Part shown: piece after piece, positions 40,327-51,426 of the stretch
How positions within the stretch are numbered: the stretch's first letter is position 1
Layout: the number at the start of each line of letters is the position of its first letter
DNA from: an uncultured Acidimicrobiia bacterium
GTDB taxonomy: Bacteria; Actinomycetota; Acidimicrobiia; Spongiisociales; UBA5794
Assembly (NCBI GenBank): GCA_965368815.1
Contig: CBDUOH010000003.1
Coordinates: 1 to 62,017, forward strand
Length of the DNA: 62,017 nt
Reading direction: 5' to 3'
Made by a program: the position numbers and the translations under genes
Notes under the pieces: generated by a model
What the model was told of the DNA's origin: nothing
Database searches by the model: none
What the model saw: only the letters and a program-made list of their open reading frames with translations

Positions 40327-40847
40327 TGACACCGGAGGACCTCGCACGTGCAACGACACGCATCGCCCATGAAATCGTGGAACGCAACCAGGGCCTTGAG
40401 TCGGTCCTGATCCTCGGGATTCCGACCCGCGGCAAGCCGTTCGCGGACCGTATCGCAGCAGTCCTGTCGGAGATCGGCGGATCCGACGTGCAAGCCGGGT
40501 CGTTGGACATCGGGATGTATCGGGACGATCTCGACGCACGGCCACGCACGCGCATCGGGCCGACCGACATACCCAAGCCGATCGATGGCGCGGATGTCGT
40601 GCTTGCCGATGATGTGTTGTTCACGGGACGCACCATCCGCGCTGCCCTTGATGCATTGGCCGATCTCGGCAGACCAGCGAGTGTCCAGCTCGCCGTGATC
40701 GTCGATCGCGGACACCGGCAACTGCCGATTCGCCCCGACTTCGTCGGAAAGAACATCCCGACGTCGGCTTCGGAGCACGTTTCGGTCCGTCTGGTGCCCC
40801 ACGATGACGAAGATGGCGTGTGGGTGGGAAGTGAGGTCGGTTCGTGA
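40314..40847 (+). CDS. pyrR: bifunctional pyr operon regulator/uracil phosphoribosyltransferase PyrR
   Basis: TRIAHEIVERN, ILGIPTRG and PRPP motif VVLADDVLFTGRTIRAAL. The start is ambiguous among GTG 40269, ATG 40302, ATG 40314 and ATG 40326. Confidence 0.88.
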   Translation: MRQVMTPEDLARATTRIAHEIVERNQGLESVLILGIPTRGKPFADRIAAVLSEIGGSDVQAGSLDIGMYRDDLDARPRTRIGPTDIPKPIDGADVVLADDVLFTGRTIRAALDALADLGRPASVQLAVIVDRGHRQLPIRPDFVGKNIPTSASEHVSVRLVPHDDEDGVWVGSEVGS

Positions 40848-41761
40848 GACACCTGCTCACGACAGAAGACATCGACCGCACGACGCTCGAAAGCCTGCTT
40901 GACGACGCAGACGGCTTTGTCGAGGTCCTGAGTCGCCCGATTCCCAAGGTGCCGGCACTGCGGGGGAAGACGGTCGCGACGATGTTCTTCGAACCGTCCA
41001 CCCGAACAAGGATGTCCTTCGAGAAGGCCGCGAAGGCGTTGAGTGCAGACACGGTGTCGTTCTCACCGGGGACATCCTCCTTGTCGAAAGGGGAGTCGCT
41101 CAAGGACACGGCTCTGACGGTGCGGGCGATGGGTGTCGACCTCATGGTCGTCCGCCACAAGGCGACGGGTGCACCGTGGCGTCTCGCAGAATGGCTGGAC
41201 ATTCCGATCGTCAACGGAGGCGATGGAGCGCACCAACATCCGACACAGGCGCTTCTGGATTGCCTGACCATCAGACAGCGGTTCGGCACGCTTGAGGGTC
41301 TTCATGTTGCGATAGTCGGCGACATCCGCCATTCCAGGGTCGCCCGGTCGGATGTCTTCGCAATGCACACCCTCGGTGCACACGTGACCCTTGTCGGTCC
41401 ACCGACGCTGCTGCCTGTCGACGCAGCATCGTGGCCCGTCACCGTGACGAGCGATCTGGATGGAGTCATCCCAGGGGTCGATGTGGTGTATCTCCTGCGC
41501 GTGCAGACCGAACGCGGTGGGGCGTCCGTGTTCCCGTCCCTGGCCGAGTACGCACGACGATTCGGGATGACCAACGAGCGGTTCGCACGTCTGGGCGACT
41601 CTGCCATCGTCCTCCATCCGGGTCCGATGAACCGCGGTGTCGAGATAGCCCATGAGGTTGCTGACAACCCGAGGTCGCTGATCCTCACGCAGGTGTCCAA
41701 CGGAGTCGCGGTCCGCATGTCAGTTCTGTTCCGTCTACTGGGAGGTGAGCACGATGCCTGA
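40844..41761 (+). CDS. pyrB: aspartate carbamoyltransferase catalytic subunit
   Basis: GTGA overlap. EPSTRTRMSFE and HQHPTQALLD motifs. Confidence 0.95.
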   Translation: MRHLLTTEDIDRTTLESLLDDADGFVEVLSRPIPKVPALRGKTVATMFFEPSTRTRMSFEKAAKALSADTVSFSPGTSSLSKGESLKDTALTVRAMGVDLMVVRHKATGAPWRLAEWLDIPIVNGGDGAHQHPTQALLDCLTIRQRFGTLEGLHVAIVGDIRHSRVARSDVFAMHTLGAHVTLVGPPTLLPVDAASWPVTVTSDLDGVIPGVDVVYLLRVQTERGGASVFPSLAEYARRFGMTNERFARLGDSAIVLHPGPMNRGVEIAHEVADNPRSLILTQVSNGVAVRMSVLFRLLGGEHDA

Positions 41762-43028
41762 GGTCGTACTTGCAGGAGGGTCGGTGTTCACGTCCGACGG
41801 TGTGATCATCACCGATGTGGTCATCGACGACGGCGTGGTTGCTGCAATGGGATCGTACGAGGGAGATGCTGATCACACAATCGACTGCAGCGGTTTGTGG
41901 GTCGGGCCTTCATTCGTCGATCTGCACGCTCACCTCAGGGAGCCGGGACAGGAATGGAAGGAAGACATCGCCTCCGGCTCGTCCGCAGCCGCTGCGGGAG
42001 GTTATGGCGCCATCGTTGCCATGCCGAACACCGAACCGGCCATCGATTCGGCGCACCTCGCCCGATTCGTCGCCGAACGAGGGGCAGAGGTCGGACTCGT
42101 CGATGTGATTCCGGCTGGCTGCATCACCATGGGACGCAAAGGCGTCACGATGGCCCACCTGGATGATCTGTGGGCGGCGGGCGTTCGCATGTTCACCGAC
42201 GACGGCGACACCGTCGAGAACGCTGCGCTCATGCGCTCCGCGATGGAATACGTCGCTGCTCTGGGCGGCGTCGTGTCCCAGCACGCCATCGATCCCCACC
42301 TGAGCGCCGCAGGCTTCATGCATGAGGGCGCCGTGTCATCCCGCCTCGGCATGTACGGGATCCCCCGAGAAGCAGATGACATCATGCTCGCGCGCGACAT
42401 AGCGCTTGCGGAGTTGACCGGCGTTCGCTACCACGTCCAGCATCTGAGCACGAGCCGTTCAGTCGAGCTCGTGCGTGAAGCGAAACAGCGTGGTGTCGCC
42501 ATCACAGCCGAAGTGACACCCCACCATCTCGCGTTCGACGACTCGCATCTCGCCAGCGCAGACCCCGACTTCAAGATGATGCCCCCATTGCGTGCGGCGA
42601 CCGACCGTGCCGCCCTGATCGAGGGTCTGCGGGAAGGAGTCATCGATGTGATCGGGACGGACCATGCCCCGCATTCGGCACTCGAGAAGGAGGTCCCATT
42701 CGAAGAGGCACCCAACGGTGTGCTCGGACTCGAATGGTCGGCTTCGGTTGCCGTGGGCACCGCCGGTTTGGATCAGGAGCAGCTCTTCGACCGACTGTCC
42801 GTCGCACCAGCGCGTATCGCAGGAGTGGGTGGCCACGGCAACCCGTTGGCGAGGGGAGTCGGCGCGAACATCGTCGTGTTCGACCCGTCCGAAGAATGGA
42901 CGCCGACGACCTCACGGTCCAAGAGCAGGAACGCTCCGTACTTCGGCCGCGCGCTGACCGGTCGGGTGCGGGCGACGATGTTGCGCGGAGCGATGACGTA
43001 CCAACTCGATGAAGTGGGGGACGCATGA
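41754..43028 (+). CDS. pyrC: dihydroorotase
   Basis: [12 protein letters not shown] and GTDHAPHS motifs. ATG 41754 (GGAGG 9 nt upstream) is preferred over GTG 41745, which abuts the SD. Confidence 0.9.
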   Translation: MPEVVLAGGSVFTSDGVIITDVVIDDGVVAAMGSYEGDADHTIDCSGLWVGPSFVDLHAHLREPGQEWKEDIASGSSAAAAGGYGAIVAMPNTEPAIDSAHLARFVAERGAEVGLVDVIPAGCITMGRKGVTMAHLDDLWAAGVRMFTDDGDTVENAALMRSAMEYVAALGGVVSQHAIDPHLSAAGFMHEGAVSSRLGMYGIPREADDIMLARDIALAELTGVRYHVQHLSTSRSVELVREAKQRGVAITAEVTPHHLAFDDSHLASADPDFKMMPPLRAATDRAALIEGLREGVIDVIGTDHAPHSALEKEVPFEEAPNGVLGLEWSASVAVGTAGLDQEQLFDRLSVAPARIAGVGGHGNPLARGVGANIVVFDPSEEWTPTTSRSKSRNAPYFGRALTGRVRATMLRGAMTYQLDEVGDA

Positions 43029-44188
43029 GGTCCGGAGCGCTTGTAACGGCCGACGGAACGGTGTTTCGCGGCATCATGGTCGGTGGCGACGGCGTAGCGG
43101 TCGGCGAAGTCGTTTTCAACACCGCAATGGCTGGCTATCAGGAAATCGTCACCGATCCGTCCTATGCAGGGCAGGTCGTCGTCCTGACCGCACCGCAGAT
43201 CGGCAACTACGGATCGACGTCCGCCGACGATCAGGCAGCAGAGGTCCATGCTCGGGCTCTCGTCGTCCGGTCGATGAGCCGTATGGCGTCGTCGTGGCGG
43301 TCCGACGAGGCGTTTGATGACTACCTCACGTCGCGTGGCGTGGTCGCGATCAGCGAGATCGACACGCGCCGTCTCACGCGACACATCACCAGACATGGCG
43401 CCATGTCCGTCGCCATCGGCTCGGATTCCGACATCGAGGCGTTGGCACGCCGTGCGAGCGAAGCACCTTCGATGACCGGAATGGCGCTGGCTGCAGAGGT
43501 CTCCACAGACTCGTCGTACCACTCGCCTGCAGAAGGAGCGGCCGCTGCCAAGGTGGTCGCATTCGATCTCGGGATGAAGCGGGACATTCTCGCACAGCTC
43601 AACAAGCGCGGACTCGACGTTGTCGTGGTTCCGTGGGACACGTCGGCGGCCGAGGTCATGGCGATGCAGCCAGACGGCGTGTTCCTCTCGAACGGGCCGG
43701 GGGACCCCGAACCTCTGACGGCCGCAGTGGAATCGGTGCAAGGACTGATAGGTGAGGTGCCCATCTTCGGGATCTGCCTCGGACACCAGGTCCTCGGCCT
43801 CGCACTCGGGGCATCGACGTTCAAACTCCCGTTCGGTCACCATGGCGGTAACCACCCCGTGCGATCCATCCACTCGGGCAAGGTGGACATCACGTCGCAG
43901 AACCACGGTTTCGCCGTCGACCTCTGGTCGCTCCACGGACGCGACCGACCGGAGAGGTCAGGATTGGTCGGCGTCGACGAGATCGCACCACCTGCAGAAA
44001 CGAAGTTCGGGCTTGTCGAGTCGACGCATCAGAATCTCAACGACGGAACGAACGAGGGACTCCGCTGTCGTGATGTTCCCGCCTTCTCGGTGCAGTACCA
44101 CCCCGAGGCGGCGCCGGGTCCGAACGATGCGGTGGGACTGTTCGACGAGTTCTCGGCCATGATCGGAGGTCGTCATGCCACGTCGTGA
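43025..44188 (+). CDS. carA: carbamoyl-phosphate synthase small (glutaminase) subunit
   Basis: ATGA overlap. [12 protein letters not shown] Cys nucleophile and YHPEA. Confidence 0.95.
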   Translation: MRSGALVTADGTVFRGIMVGGDGVAVGEVVFNTAMAGYQEIVTDPSYAGQVVVLTAPQIGNYGSTSADDQAAEVHARALVVRSMSRMASSWRSDEAFDDYLTSRGVVAISEIDTRRLTRHITRHGAMSVAIGSDSDIEALARRASEAPSMTGMALAAEVSTDSSYHSPAEGAAAAKVVAFDLGMKRDILAQLNKRGLDVVVVPWDTSAAEVMAMQPDGVFLSNGPGDPEPLTAAVESVQGLIGEVPIFGICLGHQVLGLALGASTFKLPFGHHGGNHPVRSIHSGKVDITSQNHGFAVDLWSLHGRDRPERSGLVGVDEIAPPAETKFGLVESTHQNLNDGTNEGLRCRDVPAFSVQYHPEAAPGPNDAVGLFDEFSAMIGGRHATS

Positions 44189-47100
44189 TGACATCGAGTC
44201 GATCCTGGTGATCGGGTCCGGACCGATCGTGATCGGGCAGGGCTGTGAATTCGACTATTCGGGCACGCAGGCGGTGAAGGCTCTCCGGGCGAACGGGTAT
44301 CGCGTCGTACTGGTGAATTCGAACCCGGCGACGATCATGACGGACCCCGAGTTCGCCGACGCGACATACATCGAGCCGATAACGCCTGATTCCGTCGAAG
44401 CCGTCCTCCGACGTGAGCGACCTGACGCCGTCCTCCCGACGCTCGGCGGTCAGACGGCCCTCAATGTCACGATGGAACTCGCAAAACGAGGGATCTTCGA
44501 CGAGCTCGATGTCGAACTCGTCGGAGCCTCGCTCGAGGCAATCGAGACAGCCGAAGACCGCGGACAGTTCAAGAAGGCGATGGACGACGCCGGCATCGCC
44601 ACGGCCAAGGCCTTCTACGTCACGTCGATCGATGAGGCGAGGGCAGCCCAACGTGAGCTCGGGTTTCCCGTGATGGTGCGTCCGAGCTACATCCTCGGAG
44701 GTGGCGGAACAGGCTTGGCGCACACTGACGCCGAATTCACCGAGATCGTCACCAACGGCATCGCCACAAGCCCCATCAGCGAAGTTCTCATCGAGGAGTC
44801 ACTGGCAGGCTGGAAGGAGTTCGAGCTTGAGGTGATGCGTGATGCCGCTGACAACGCAGTGATCATCTGTGCCATCGAGAACCTCGATCCCATGGGTGTA
44901 CACACCGGGGATTCCATCACCGTCGCACCGGCGATGACGCTGTCCGATCGCGAGTATCAGGAAATGCGTGACGAAGCCATCGCCTGTCTCAGGGTCATCG
45001 GGGTCGAGACGGGAGGTTCGAACGTTCAGTTCGCAGTGGAACCTTCGACGGGACGACGCATCATCATCGAGATGAACCCCCGCGTGTCGCGGTCGTCTGC
45101 GTTGGCATCGAAGGCCACGGGATTTCCGATAGCCAAGATCGCTGCGCTCCTCGCCGTCGGATTCACCCTGGACGAGATAGCCAATGACATAACGGGAGCC
45201 ACTCCGGCGTCATTCGAACCGGCACTCGACTATGTGGTCGTGAAGGCTCCACGCTTCGACTTCGCCAAGTTTCCATCCGTCGAACCCGTTCTCGGCACGT
45301 CGATGCAATCCGTCGGCGAGGCCATGGCAATCGGAAGGACTTTCCCCGAAGCTCTCCAGAAGGTGCTGCGGAGCCTCGAAACCGGCAGGGCCGGGCTCAA
45401 CGCCGACATCGCCGAAGCCGAGGTGGTGGGTCTGTCCGACGACGATCTCACGACACGTTGTGCGCAACCGAGTCCGAAGCGGATCTACGAAGTCGCCGAG
45501 CTGCTTCGACGAGGCACCACTTTGGAGGAGGTCAACCGACTCACAGGGGTCGATCCGTGGTTCCTCGATCAGATCGGGTTGATCAATGAGGTCCGTGACG
45601 AGGTGGTGGCCAATCCGATGGATGCGGGGGTCATCCGACGGGCAAAACGAACCGGATTCTCGGACGCCCAGATCGCCTATCTGTGGGACAGCGATGTCGA
45701 CACCGTGCGTGGGAAGCGGCGAGGTGATGGGGTGGAAGTGACATACAAGACCGTTGATACGTGTGCCGCCGAGTTCGATGCCTCGACCCCGTACTTCTAC
45801 TCCACGTTCGAGGACGAATCCGAGGTTCCCGCCGCCGGGTCCAAGACCGTGATGGTGCTCGGTTCCGGTCCGAACCGCATCGGCCAAGGTATCGAGTTCG
45901 ACTATTGCTGCGTCCACGCGGCGTTTGCGCTCGAAGAGACCGGGTATGAAACAGTGATGGTCAATTGCAACCCCGAGACCGTGTCGACCGACTATGACAT
46001 CTCGACCCGTCTGTATTTCGAGCCGTTGACGATCGAGGACGTGCTCGCGATCGTCGATGTGGAACAACCACAGGCTGTGATCGTCCAACTCGGCGGACAG
46101 ACACCCCTGGGGCTTGCTGAGGAGCTGGAGGCTGCCGGTGTCCCGATCGCCGGTACCTCGCCTTCGGCCATTGACAAGGCGGAGGATCGCGAGCAATTCT
46201 CGCGACTGTGCGCGGAAGCGGGCATCCTGCAGCCACCACACGGCACCGCGACGTCGGTCGCCGAGGCACAGCAGGTGGTCGACGCGATCGGTTTGCCGGC
46301 GCTGGTCCGACCGTCCTACGTGCTCGGTGGTCGTGCCATGCGCATCATCTACTCGATCGAAGACCTGTCGTCCTACCTCACCGATCTCTACGGTGCCGCT
46401 CCCGGCAGTGAGGTGGATCTGCGCGATGCCCCCCTGCTCATCGATCGGTTCCTCGAATCCGCCATCGAGGTTGACGTCGACGCCGTCTATGACGGTGACG
46501 AGCTCTTCATCGGCGGCATCATGGAACACGTCGAGGAGGCCGGTGTGCACTCGGGGGACTCGGCATGCGTCGTTCCGGCCCCGACACTGACCGATGCGGT
46601 CAAGGCCAAGGTCATCGAGGACACCCACGCCCTTGCGGAAGCGCTCGAGGTTCGCGGGCTTCTCAACATCCAGTTCGCAATCCGCGGCGATGACGTCTTC
46701 GTGTTGGAAGCGAACCCACGAGCCTCCCGTACGGTCCCGTTCATATCCAAAGCGACCGGCGTGCCGCTCGCCAAGGTGGCAACACGCGTGATGATGGGTG
46801 AATCGCTCGCCTCGTTGCGAAGCGCAGGTGTGGTTCCCGCGACCGAGCCTCACCTGACATATACGGCGGTGAAAGAAGCCGTTCTGCCGTGGGCGCGTTT
46901 CCCTCGGGAGGACACACTCCTCGGACCCGAGATGCGAGCGACCGGTGAGGTCATGGGAATCGGCCGGTCGCCCGGTGAGGCATACGGCAAGGCACTCCGG
47001 GGAGCCGGTCACAAGATTCCGGATACCGGCTCGGTCTTCATCTCACTTGCAGACCGTGACAAGACGATGGGCGTCGAGATCGCGCAGACGCTGTCGGATC

Positions 47101-47435
47101 TGGGCTTCAAGCTGTATGCGACCCACGGCACCGCAGGTCACCTCGCACGCCACGCAATCCCGACAACGCACGTCGACAAGGTCGGCGAGGGTGCCTACGA
47201 CCCGGTTCGCCTCCTGGATGAGGGAAGAATCGATCTCGTCATCAACACACCCGCCGGCGGCAAAGCGCGTGGCGATGGCAGCATCATCCGCCGCACGGCG
47301 CATCGGCGCGGCGTGCCGTGCGTGACCACGGCACAGGGCGGCCTGGCGGTCGCTCGATCGATTGCTGCGGCGCGATCCGGCCCCTTGCGCGTTCGGAGTC
47401 TGCAGGATCATCACACGGATGCGGGTATCGGTTGA
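44175..47435 (+). CDS. carB: carbamoyl-phosphate synthase large subunit
   Basis: 1086 aa with duplicated ATP-grasp halves and an MGS-like C-terminus. GGAGG SD. Confidence 0.97.
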   Translation: MPRRDDIESILVIGSGPIVIGQGCEFDYSGTQAVKALRANGYRVVLVNSNPATIMTDPEFADATYIEPITPDSVEAVLRRERPDAVLPTLGGQTALNVTMELAKRGIFDELDVELVGASLEAIETAEDRGQFKKAMDDAGIATAKAFYVTSIDEARAAQRELGFPVMVRPSYILGGGGTGLAHTDAEFTEIVTNGIATSPISEVLIEESLAGWKEFELEVMRDAADNAVIICAIENLDPMGVHTGDSITVAPAMTLSDREYQEMRDEAIACLRVIGVETGGSNVQFAVEPSTGRRIIIEMNPRVSRSSALASKATGFPIAKIAALLAVGFTLDEIANDITGATPASFEPALDYVVVKAPRFDFAKFPSVEPVLGTSMQSVGEAMAIGRTFPEALQKVLRSLETGRAGLNADIAEAEVVGLSDDDLTTRCAQPSPKRIYEVAELLRRGTTLEEVNRLTGVDPWFLDQIGLINEVRDEVVANPMDAGVIRRAKRTGFSDAQIAYLWDSDVDTVRGKRRGDGVEVTYKTVDTCAAEFDASTPYFYSTFEDESEVPAAGSKTVMVLGSGPNRIGQGIEFDYCCVHAAFALEETGYETVMVNCNPETVSTDYDISTRLYFEPLTIEDVLAIVDVEQPQAVIVQLGGQTPLGLAEELEAAGVPIAGTSPSAIDKAEDREQFSRLCAEAGILQPPHGTATSVAEAQQVVDAIGLPALVRPSYVLGGRAMRIIYSIEDLSSYLTDLYGAAPGSEVDLRDAPLLIDRFLESAIEVDVDAVYDGDELFIGGIMEHVEEAGVHSGDSACVVPAPTLTDAVKAKVIEDTHALAEALEVRGLLNIQFAIRGDDVFVLEANPRASRTVPFISKATGVPLAKVATRVMMGESLASLRSAGVVPATEPHLTYTAVKEAVLPWARFPREDTLLGPEMRATGEVMGIGRSPGEAYGKALRGAGHKIPDTGSVFISLADRDKTMGVEIAQTLSDLGFKLYATHGTAGHLARHAIPTTHVDKVGEGAYDPVRLLDEGRIDLVINTPAGGKARGDGSIIRRTAHRRGVPCVTTAQGGLAVARSIAAARSGPLRVRSLQDHHTDAGIG

Positions 47436-48340
47436 TGGATTGGAACGTCAACCTCGGTCGGCATTCGCTCACATCACCCCTGATCGCGGCCTCGGGCACT
47501 GTCGGATCGGTTGTCGATTTCACCGATACGATCGACTTCTCGGTGTACGGCGCCGCAGTTGCCAAGTCTGTGTCTCCCGAAGCGTGGGAAGGGCGCCCGG
47601 CGCCCCGGATAGCCCCTGTCGGTACCGGCATGCTCAACGGCATCGGAATACAGAACCCGGGCATCGACGCTTGGGTGCGGGAGATCGCACCGTCGTTGTC
47701 CGACGTTCCCACCGAGGTGTGGGGGAGTGCAGTGGCCCACGACCCGGAGGGATTCGGTACGGTCGCCGTCGCAATGGACCATGCCGGCCTCCCTGTGATC
47801 GAGGTCAACCTCAGCTGCCCGAATCTCGACGGCATTCCTTTCGCTCTCGATCCGGGACAATCCGCCCAGGTGATCTCGATCGTCAGGTCGGTGACCGACC
47901 TTCCGATCGGTGCAAAGCTGTCGTCGGATGCAGGTTCGATCGTGGACGTTGCCGAGGCAGTGGCGGACGCCGGTGCCGACTGGGTGGTGGTCGCCAACAC
48001 AGTGGTGGGTGCATCGTTCGATGTCGAGACCCGTCGTCCGAAGCTCTCAGGCGTCAGCGGTGGATACTCGGGAGGAGCCATCCGGCCGATCGCCCTGCAT
48101 TCGGTGCTGCGAATCGCGGCACGGCGGCCGGATCTGGCGATTGTCGGCTGTGGCGGTGTCTCCCAAGCAGACCATGTCGTCGAGTATCTCCTCGCCGGCG
48201 CTTCCGCAGTCGCGATCGGGTCGGCGCACTTCGCCACCCCGCGCATAGCGACCAGGATTCGTCGCGACCTCGCGAAGTACTGCGCCAGACACAACACGAA
48301 CCTCTCCGAGCTCAAAGGAGCATTTGAACCGTGGACATAG
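47435..48340 (+). CDS. pyrD: dihydroorotate dehydrogenase, class 1 (1B-like catalytic subunit)
   Basis: TGATG overlap with carB. MLNGIGIQNPG, VNLSCPN (Cys base) and GGYSGGAIRPIAL are collinear with class-1B PyrD. Confidence 0.88.
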   Translation: MDWNVNLGRHSLTSPLIAASGTVGSVVDFTDTIDFSVYGAAVAKSVSPEAWEGRPAPRIAPVGTGMLNGIGIQNPGIDAWVREIAPSLSDVPTEVWGSAVAHDPEGFGTVAVAMDHAGLPVIEVNLSCPNLDGIPFALDPGQSAQVISIVRSVTDLPIGAKLSSDAGSIVDVAEAVADAGADWVVVANTVVGASFDVETRRPKLSGVSGGYSGGAIRPIALHSVLRIAARRPDLAIVGCGGVSQADHVVEYLLAGASAVAIGSAHFATPRIATRIRRDLAKYCARHNTNLSELKGAFEPWT

Positions 48341-49041
48341 AGAACCCGATCATCGTTGCACTTGATCTCCCGACCGCTGAGGATGCCGTGCGGGTGGCAA
48401 AGGAGGTCGCACCATTTGTGGGGGCCTTCAAGATCGGCCTCGGACTCCTGCACGGACCAGGGCCGGGCACGATCGATGCTCTCGTGCGGCTCGACAGACC
48501 CGTGTTCGCCGACGCAAAGCTCCATGACATCCCGTCACAGGTCGAGCGGGCCGCGATGCGGCTTGCAGACCACGGAGCCCGTTGGGTCACAGCACATGTC
48601 AGCGGCGGCGAGGCGATGCTCGCGGCGGCTGTATCGGGTCTCACGGCAGGAGCGGGTGGCGCAGCCGCCGGAATACTCGGTGTGTCCGTGCTGACGTCGT
48701 TGGATGAAGCAGACCTACGTCGCATCGGCATCCAACGCTCACCGGGTCAGCTCGTCGGCAAGATGTCGAAGGTCGCCGAAGCGGCAGGATGTGAAGGCCT
48801 CGTGTGCTCCCCACTCGAGCTCAACGTGGTCCGACAGGCAGCGCCGGGCCTCGTACGGGTGACTCCTGGCATCCGAACGGGGGCGGTCGACGACGACCAG
48901 GCTCGGGTTGCCACGCCGGCCGAAGCGATGGAACGGGGTGCAGACTGGATGGTCATCGGCAGACCGATCGCACACGCAGACGACCCGGCGGAAGCGGCGG
49001 CAGCGATCTGGGGCCAGATCTCGGGTCTTGTCGGGCGCTAA
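48331..49041 (+). CDS. pyrF: orotidine-5'-phosphate decarboxylase
   Basis: IVALDLPTAEDA and FADAKLHDIP motifs. 10-nt overlap with pyrD. Confidence 0.92.
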   Translation: MDIENPIIVALDLPTAEDAVRVAKEVAPFVGAFKIGLGLLHGPGPGTIDALVRLDRPVFADAKLHDIPSQVERAAMRLADHGARWVTAHVSGGEAMLAAAVSGLTAGAGGAAAGILGVSVLTSLDEADLRRIGIQRSPGQLVGKMSKVAEAAGCEGLVCSPLELNVVRQAAPGLVRVTPGIRTGAVDDDQARVATPAEAMERGADWMVIGRPIAHADDPAEAAAAIWGQISGLVGR

Positions 49042-49095
49042 ACCCGGGTTCGGGGTGGAGGCTTGATACGATGCCAATCAACGAGAGGAGAACGT

Positions 49096-49404
49096 GTGCT
49101 TCCTGAGATGACACCGGAACAAAGATCGGCTGCGCTCGAACGGGCCGCGCTCGCTCGACGGACCAGGGCCGAGATCAAGGCGTTGCTCAAGACCGGAAGT
49201 CTGACGCTCACCGATGTCCTCGACCGTGCCAAAGAAGACGATCTTGTCGCTGGCACCAAGGTCAAGGCGATCGTCGTGTCGATGCCGGGCATGGGCAAGA
49301 TCACGACCAAGCGTCTCCTTGAAGAGATAGGCATCGCCGAGAACCGCACCCTGCGCGGTATGACCCCTCGACAGACCGAGGAACTGCTTGCCCACTTCTC
49401 CTAG
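49096..49404 (+). CDS. mihF: integration host factor, actinobacterial type (mIHF)
   Basis: VLPEMTPEQRSAALERAALARRTRAEIKALLK is collinear with mycobacterial mIHF. GAGGAG lies 5 nt upstream of GTG 49096. Confidence 0.88.
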   Translation: MLPEMTPEQRSAALERAALARRTRAEIKALLKTGSLTLTDVLDRAKEDDLVAGTKVKAIVVSMPGMGKITTKRLLEEIGIAENRTLRGMTPRQTEELLAHFS

Positions 49405-49963
49405 AGGCAGGCTGATCGTCCTCTCCGGACCGTCGGGTGTGGGGAAGACGAGCATTGTCGATGCAGTCATGGCGAGAACCGATGCCCGGTTCTCGGTGTC
49501 GGCCACCACTCGTGAACCTCGTCCGGGTGAGGTCGAAGGTGTCGACTACCACTTCGTCACGCGCAGCGAGTTCGAATCCCGCCGAGATCGCGGCGACATC
49601 CTCGAGTGGGCCGAATACGGTGGCAATCTGTATGGAACGCCCCGAACGAGTGTGCTCCCACTCCTGGACTCGGGTCACGACGTCCTGCTTGACATCGAGA
49701 ACGAGGGTGCCAAGCAGATTCGCCGAGCCTATCCCGAGGCCGTGATGATCTTCATTGCACCACCGTCACTCGAGGAGCTCGCTCGCAGGCTCATCGCTCG
49801 GGGTGACACATCTGAACGCGATGTCGCGAAGCGACTTGGCGTTGCCGAGAGCCAGATCGCCGAGGCATCCGATCTGTATGACCATGTGGTGGTCAACGAT
49901 GACCTCGTGGACGCAATCACCTCCGTCCTCGATATACTCCGGTTGCATGCCGAGCCGTCGTAG
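49388..49963 (+). CDS. gmk: guanylate kinase
   Basis: LSGPSGVGKTS P-loop. TTG start overlaps the mihF end. Confidence 0.9.
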   Translation: MPTSPRGRLIVLSGPSGVGKTSIVDAVMARTDARFSVSATTREPRPGEVEGVDYHFVTRSEFESRRDRGDILEWAEYGGNLYGTPRTSVLPLLDSGHDVLLDIENEGAKQIRRAYPEAVMIFIAPPSLEELARRLIARGDTSERDVAKRLGVAESQIAEASDLYDHVVVNDDLVDAITSVLDILRLHAEPS

Positions 49964-50003
49964 GCTTGGGTCTTACTTCCATCTGTGAACAGGAGCCACC
50001 CGT

Positions 50004-50237
50004 ATGATGCTCGACCCACCAATCGGAGCGGTCGTTGAAAAGACACAATCCCGTTTCGGGCTTGTGATTCTCTCTTCGCGTCGGGCTCGGCAGATCAATG
50101 CCTACTTCCATGAGCTGGGAGCTGGCGTCGGCGGCTACGTCCCTCCTCAGGTTCATTCACTGTCCCGCAAGCCCTTGTCGATAGCGCTCGAGGAAATCCA
50201 TCAGGACAAGGTCGTCGTCGCTCCGATCGAGGAGTAA
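50004..50237 (+). CDS. rpoZ: DNA-directed RNA polymerase subunit omega
   Basis: 77 aa with SRFGLVILSSRRARQIN and an AGGAG SD. Confidence 0.9.
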   Translation: MMLDPPIGAVVEKTQSRFGLVILSSRRARQINAYFHELGAGVGGYVPPQVHSLSRKPLSIALEEIHQDKVVVAPIEE

Positions 50238-50243
50238 ACGCCG

Positions 50244-51425
50244 ATGCTCGCCGGGCGACGCATCGTCCTCGGCATCACCGGGGGAGTGGCTGCATACAAG
50301 GCGGCCTATCTCGCCCGACGGCTCATCGAGGCTGAGGCCGATGTCCGGGTCGTCATGACCGAGGCATCCACACGGTTCATCGGACCGGCAACGCTCGCGG
50401 CAATCACGGGCAGTCAGCCGATCGTCGAGTTGTTCGACAACGACGACGTGTCGCCCCACACCCACCTCGGCCAATGGGCGGACCTTGTGGTGGTCGCCCC
50501 CGCCACAGCGGCATCCATTTCCAAGATCGTGTCGGGCGAATCGAGCAACGCGCTTGTGGCCACGGTACTTGCGACCACTGCACCGGTGGTCCTCGCGCCA
50601 GCGATGCACACGGAGATGTGGGAGAACGCAGCTACGCAGACCAACCTCTCCGTGCTCACCGGACGCGGGTATCACGTCGTCGAACCTGCAGAGGGAGACC
50701 TTGCCGGAGGTGACTCCGGGATCGGTCGCCTCCGCGAGCCGGAGGAGATCGTGCAGGCAATCGAACGGGTGCTCGGTTCGGGTCCCATGGCCGGCCTCCG
50801 GGTTCTGGTCACCGCCGGAGGTACCAGGGAGGCCCTCGACCCCGTGCGATACATCGGCAACCGATCGAGTGGCAAGATGGGCGTGGCGCTGGCGAGAGCG
50901 GCCGCAGCGCGAGGAGCAGCCGTCACCTTGGTCACGACGATGGGTGATCCCGACATCAGCGGTGTTTCGGCCATCGAGGTCGAGTCGGCCGATGAGATGG
51001 CTGACACTGTGTGGAAGGTCGCACCTTCCATGGACATAGCGGTCATGGCGGCAGCGGTTGCCGACTTCAAGCCAACCCACACATCGGATGCCAAGCTCAA
51101 GCGGGCCGATGGTGTGCCCACGATCGAACTGACCGCCACGCCCGACGTGCTCAAAGGCGTCACCGAAGCCGATCCACGACCCTTCCTCGTGGGATTCGCA
51201 GCAGAGACGGGCTCTCTGGCGGACGCGACAGACAAGGCTCGGCGGAAAGGTGTCGACCTCCTCGTGGCGAACGACGTCTCGAAACCGGGATCGGGGTTCG
51301 GGTCCGACACCAACGAGGTCAGACTGATACGAGCCGATGGTTCCTCGACGGATGTTCCGCTGCAATCCAAGGATGATGTCGCAGCTGCCATCTGGGATGA
51401 GGTCGCTGCTCTCAGGGCTCGTTGA
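50244..51425 (+). CDS. coaBC: bifunctional phosphopantothenoylcysteine decarboxylase/phosphopantothenate--cysteine ligase
   Basis: ITGGVAAYKA flavoprotein N-terminus and CoaB half (AAVADFKP, GFAAET). 393 aa. Confidence 0.93.
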   Translation: MLAGRRIVLGITGGVAAYKAAYLARRLIEAEADVRVVMTEASTRFIGPATLAAITGSQPIVELFDNDDVSPHTHLGQWADLVVVAPATAASISKIVSGESSNALVATVLATTAPVVLAPAMHTEMWENAATQTNLSVLTGRGYHVVEPAEGDLAGGDSGIGRLREPEEIVQAIERVLGSGPMAGLRVLVTAGGTREALDPVRYIGNRSSGKMGVALARAAAARGAAVTLVTTMGDPDISGVSAIEVESADEMADTVWKVAPSMDIAVMAAAVADFKPTHTSDAKLKRADGVPTIELTATPDVLKGVTEADPRPFLVGFAAETGSLADATDKARRKGVDLLVANDVSKPGSGFGSDTNEVRLIRADGSSTDVPLQSKDDVAAAIWDEVAALRAR

Positions 51426-51426
51426 C

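Noticed and set aside
45210-47012. 600-aa ORF on the minus strand. Similar long antisense ORFs occur at 22423-23919, 32161-33519, 42773-43936, 47284-48525, 50157-51365, 52255-53343 and 59171-60736, and on the plus strand at 9444-10640 opposite gltA.
   Set aside because: Each overlaps a strongly supported conserved gene on the other strand (carB, secF/rel, alaS, pyrC/carA, pyrD, coaBC, priA, rib genes, gltA). None has a recognisable motif.
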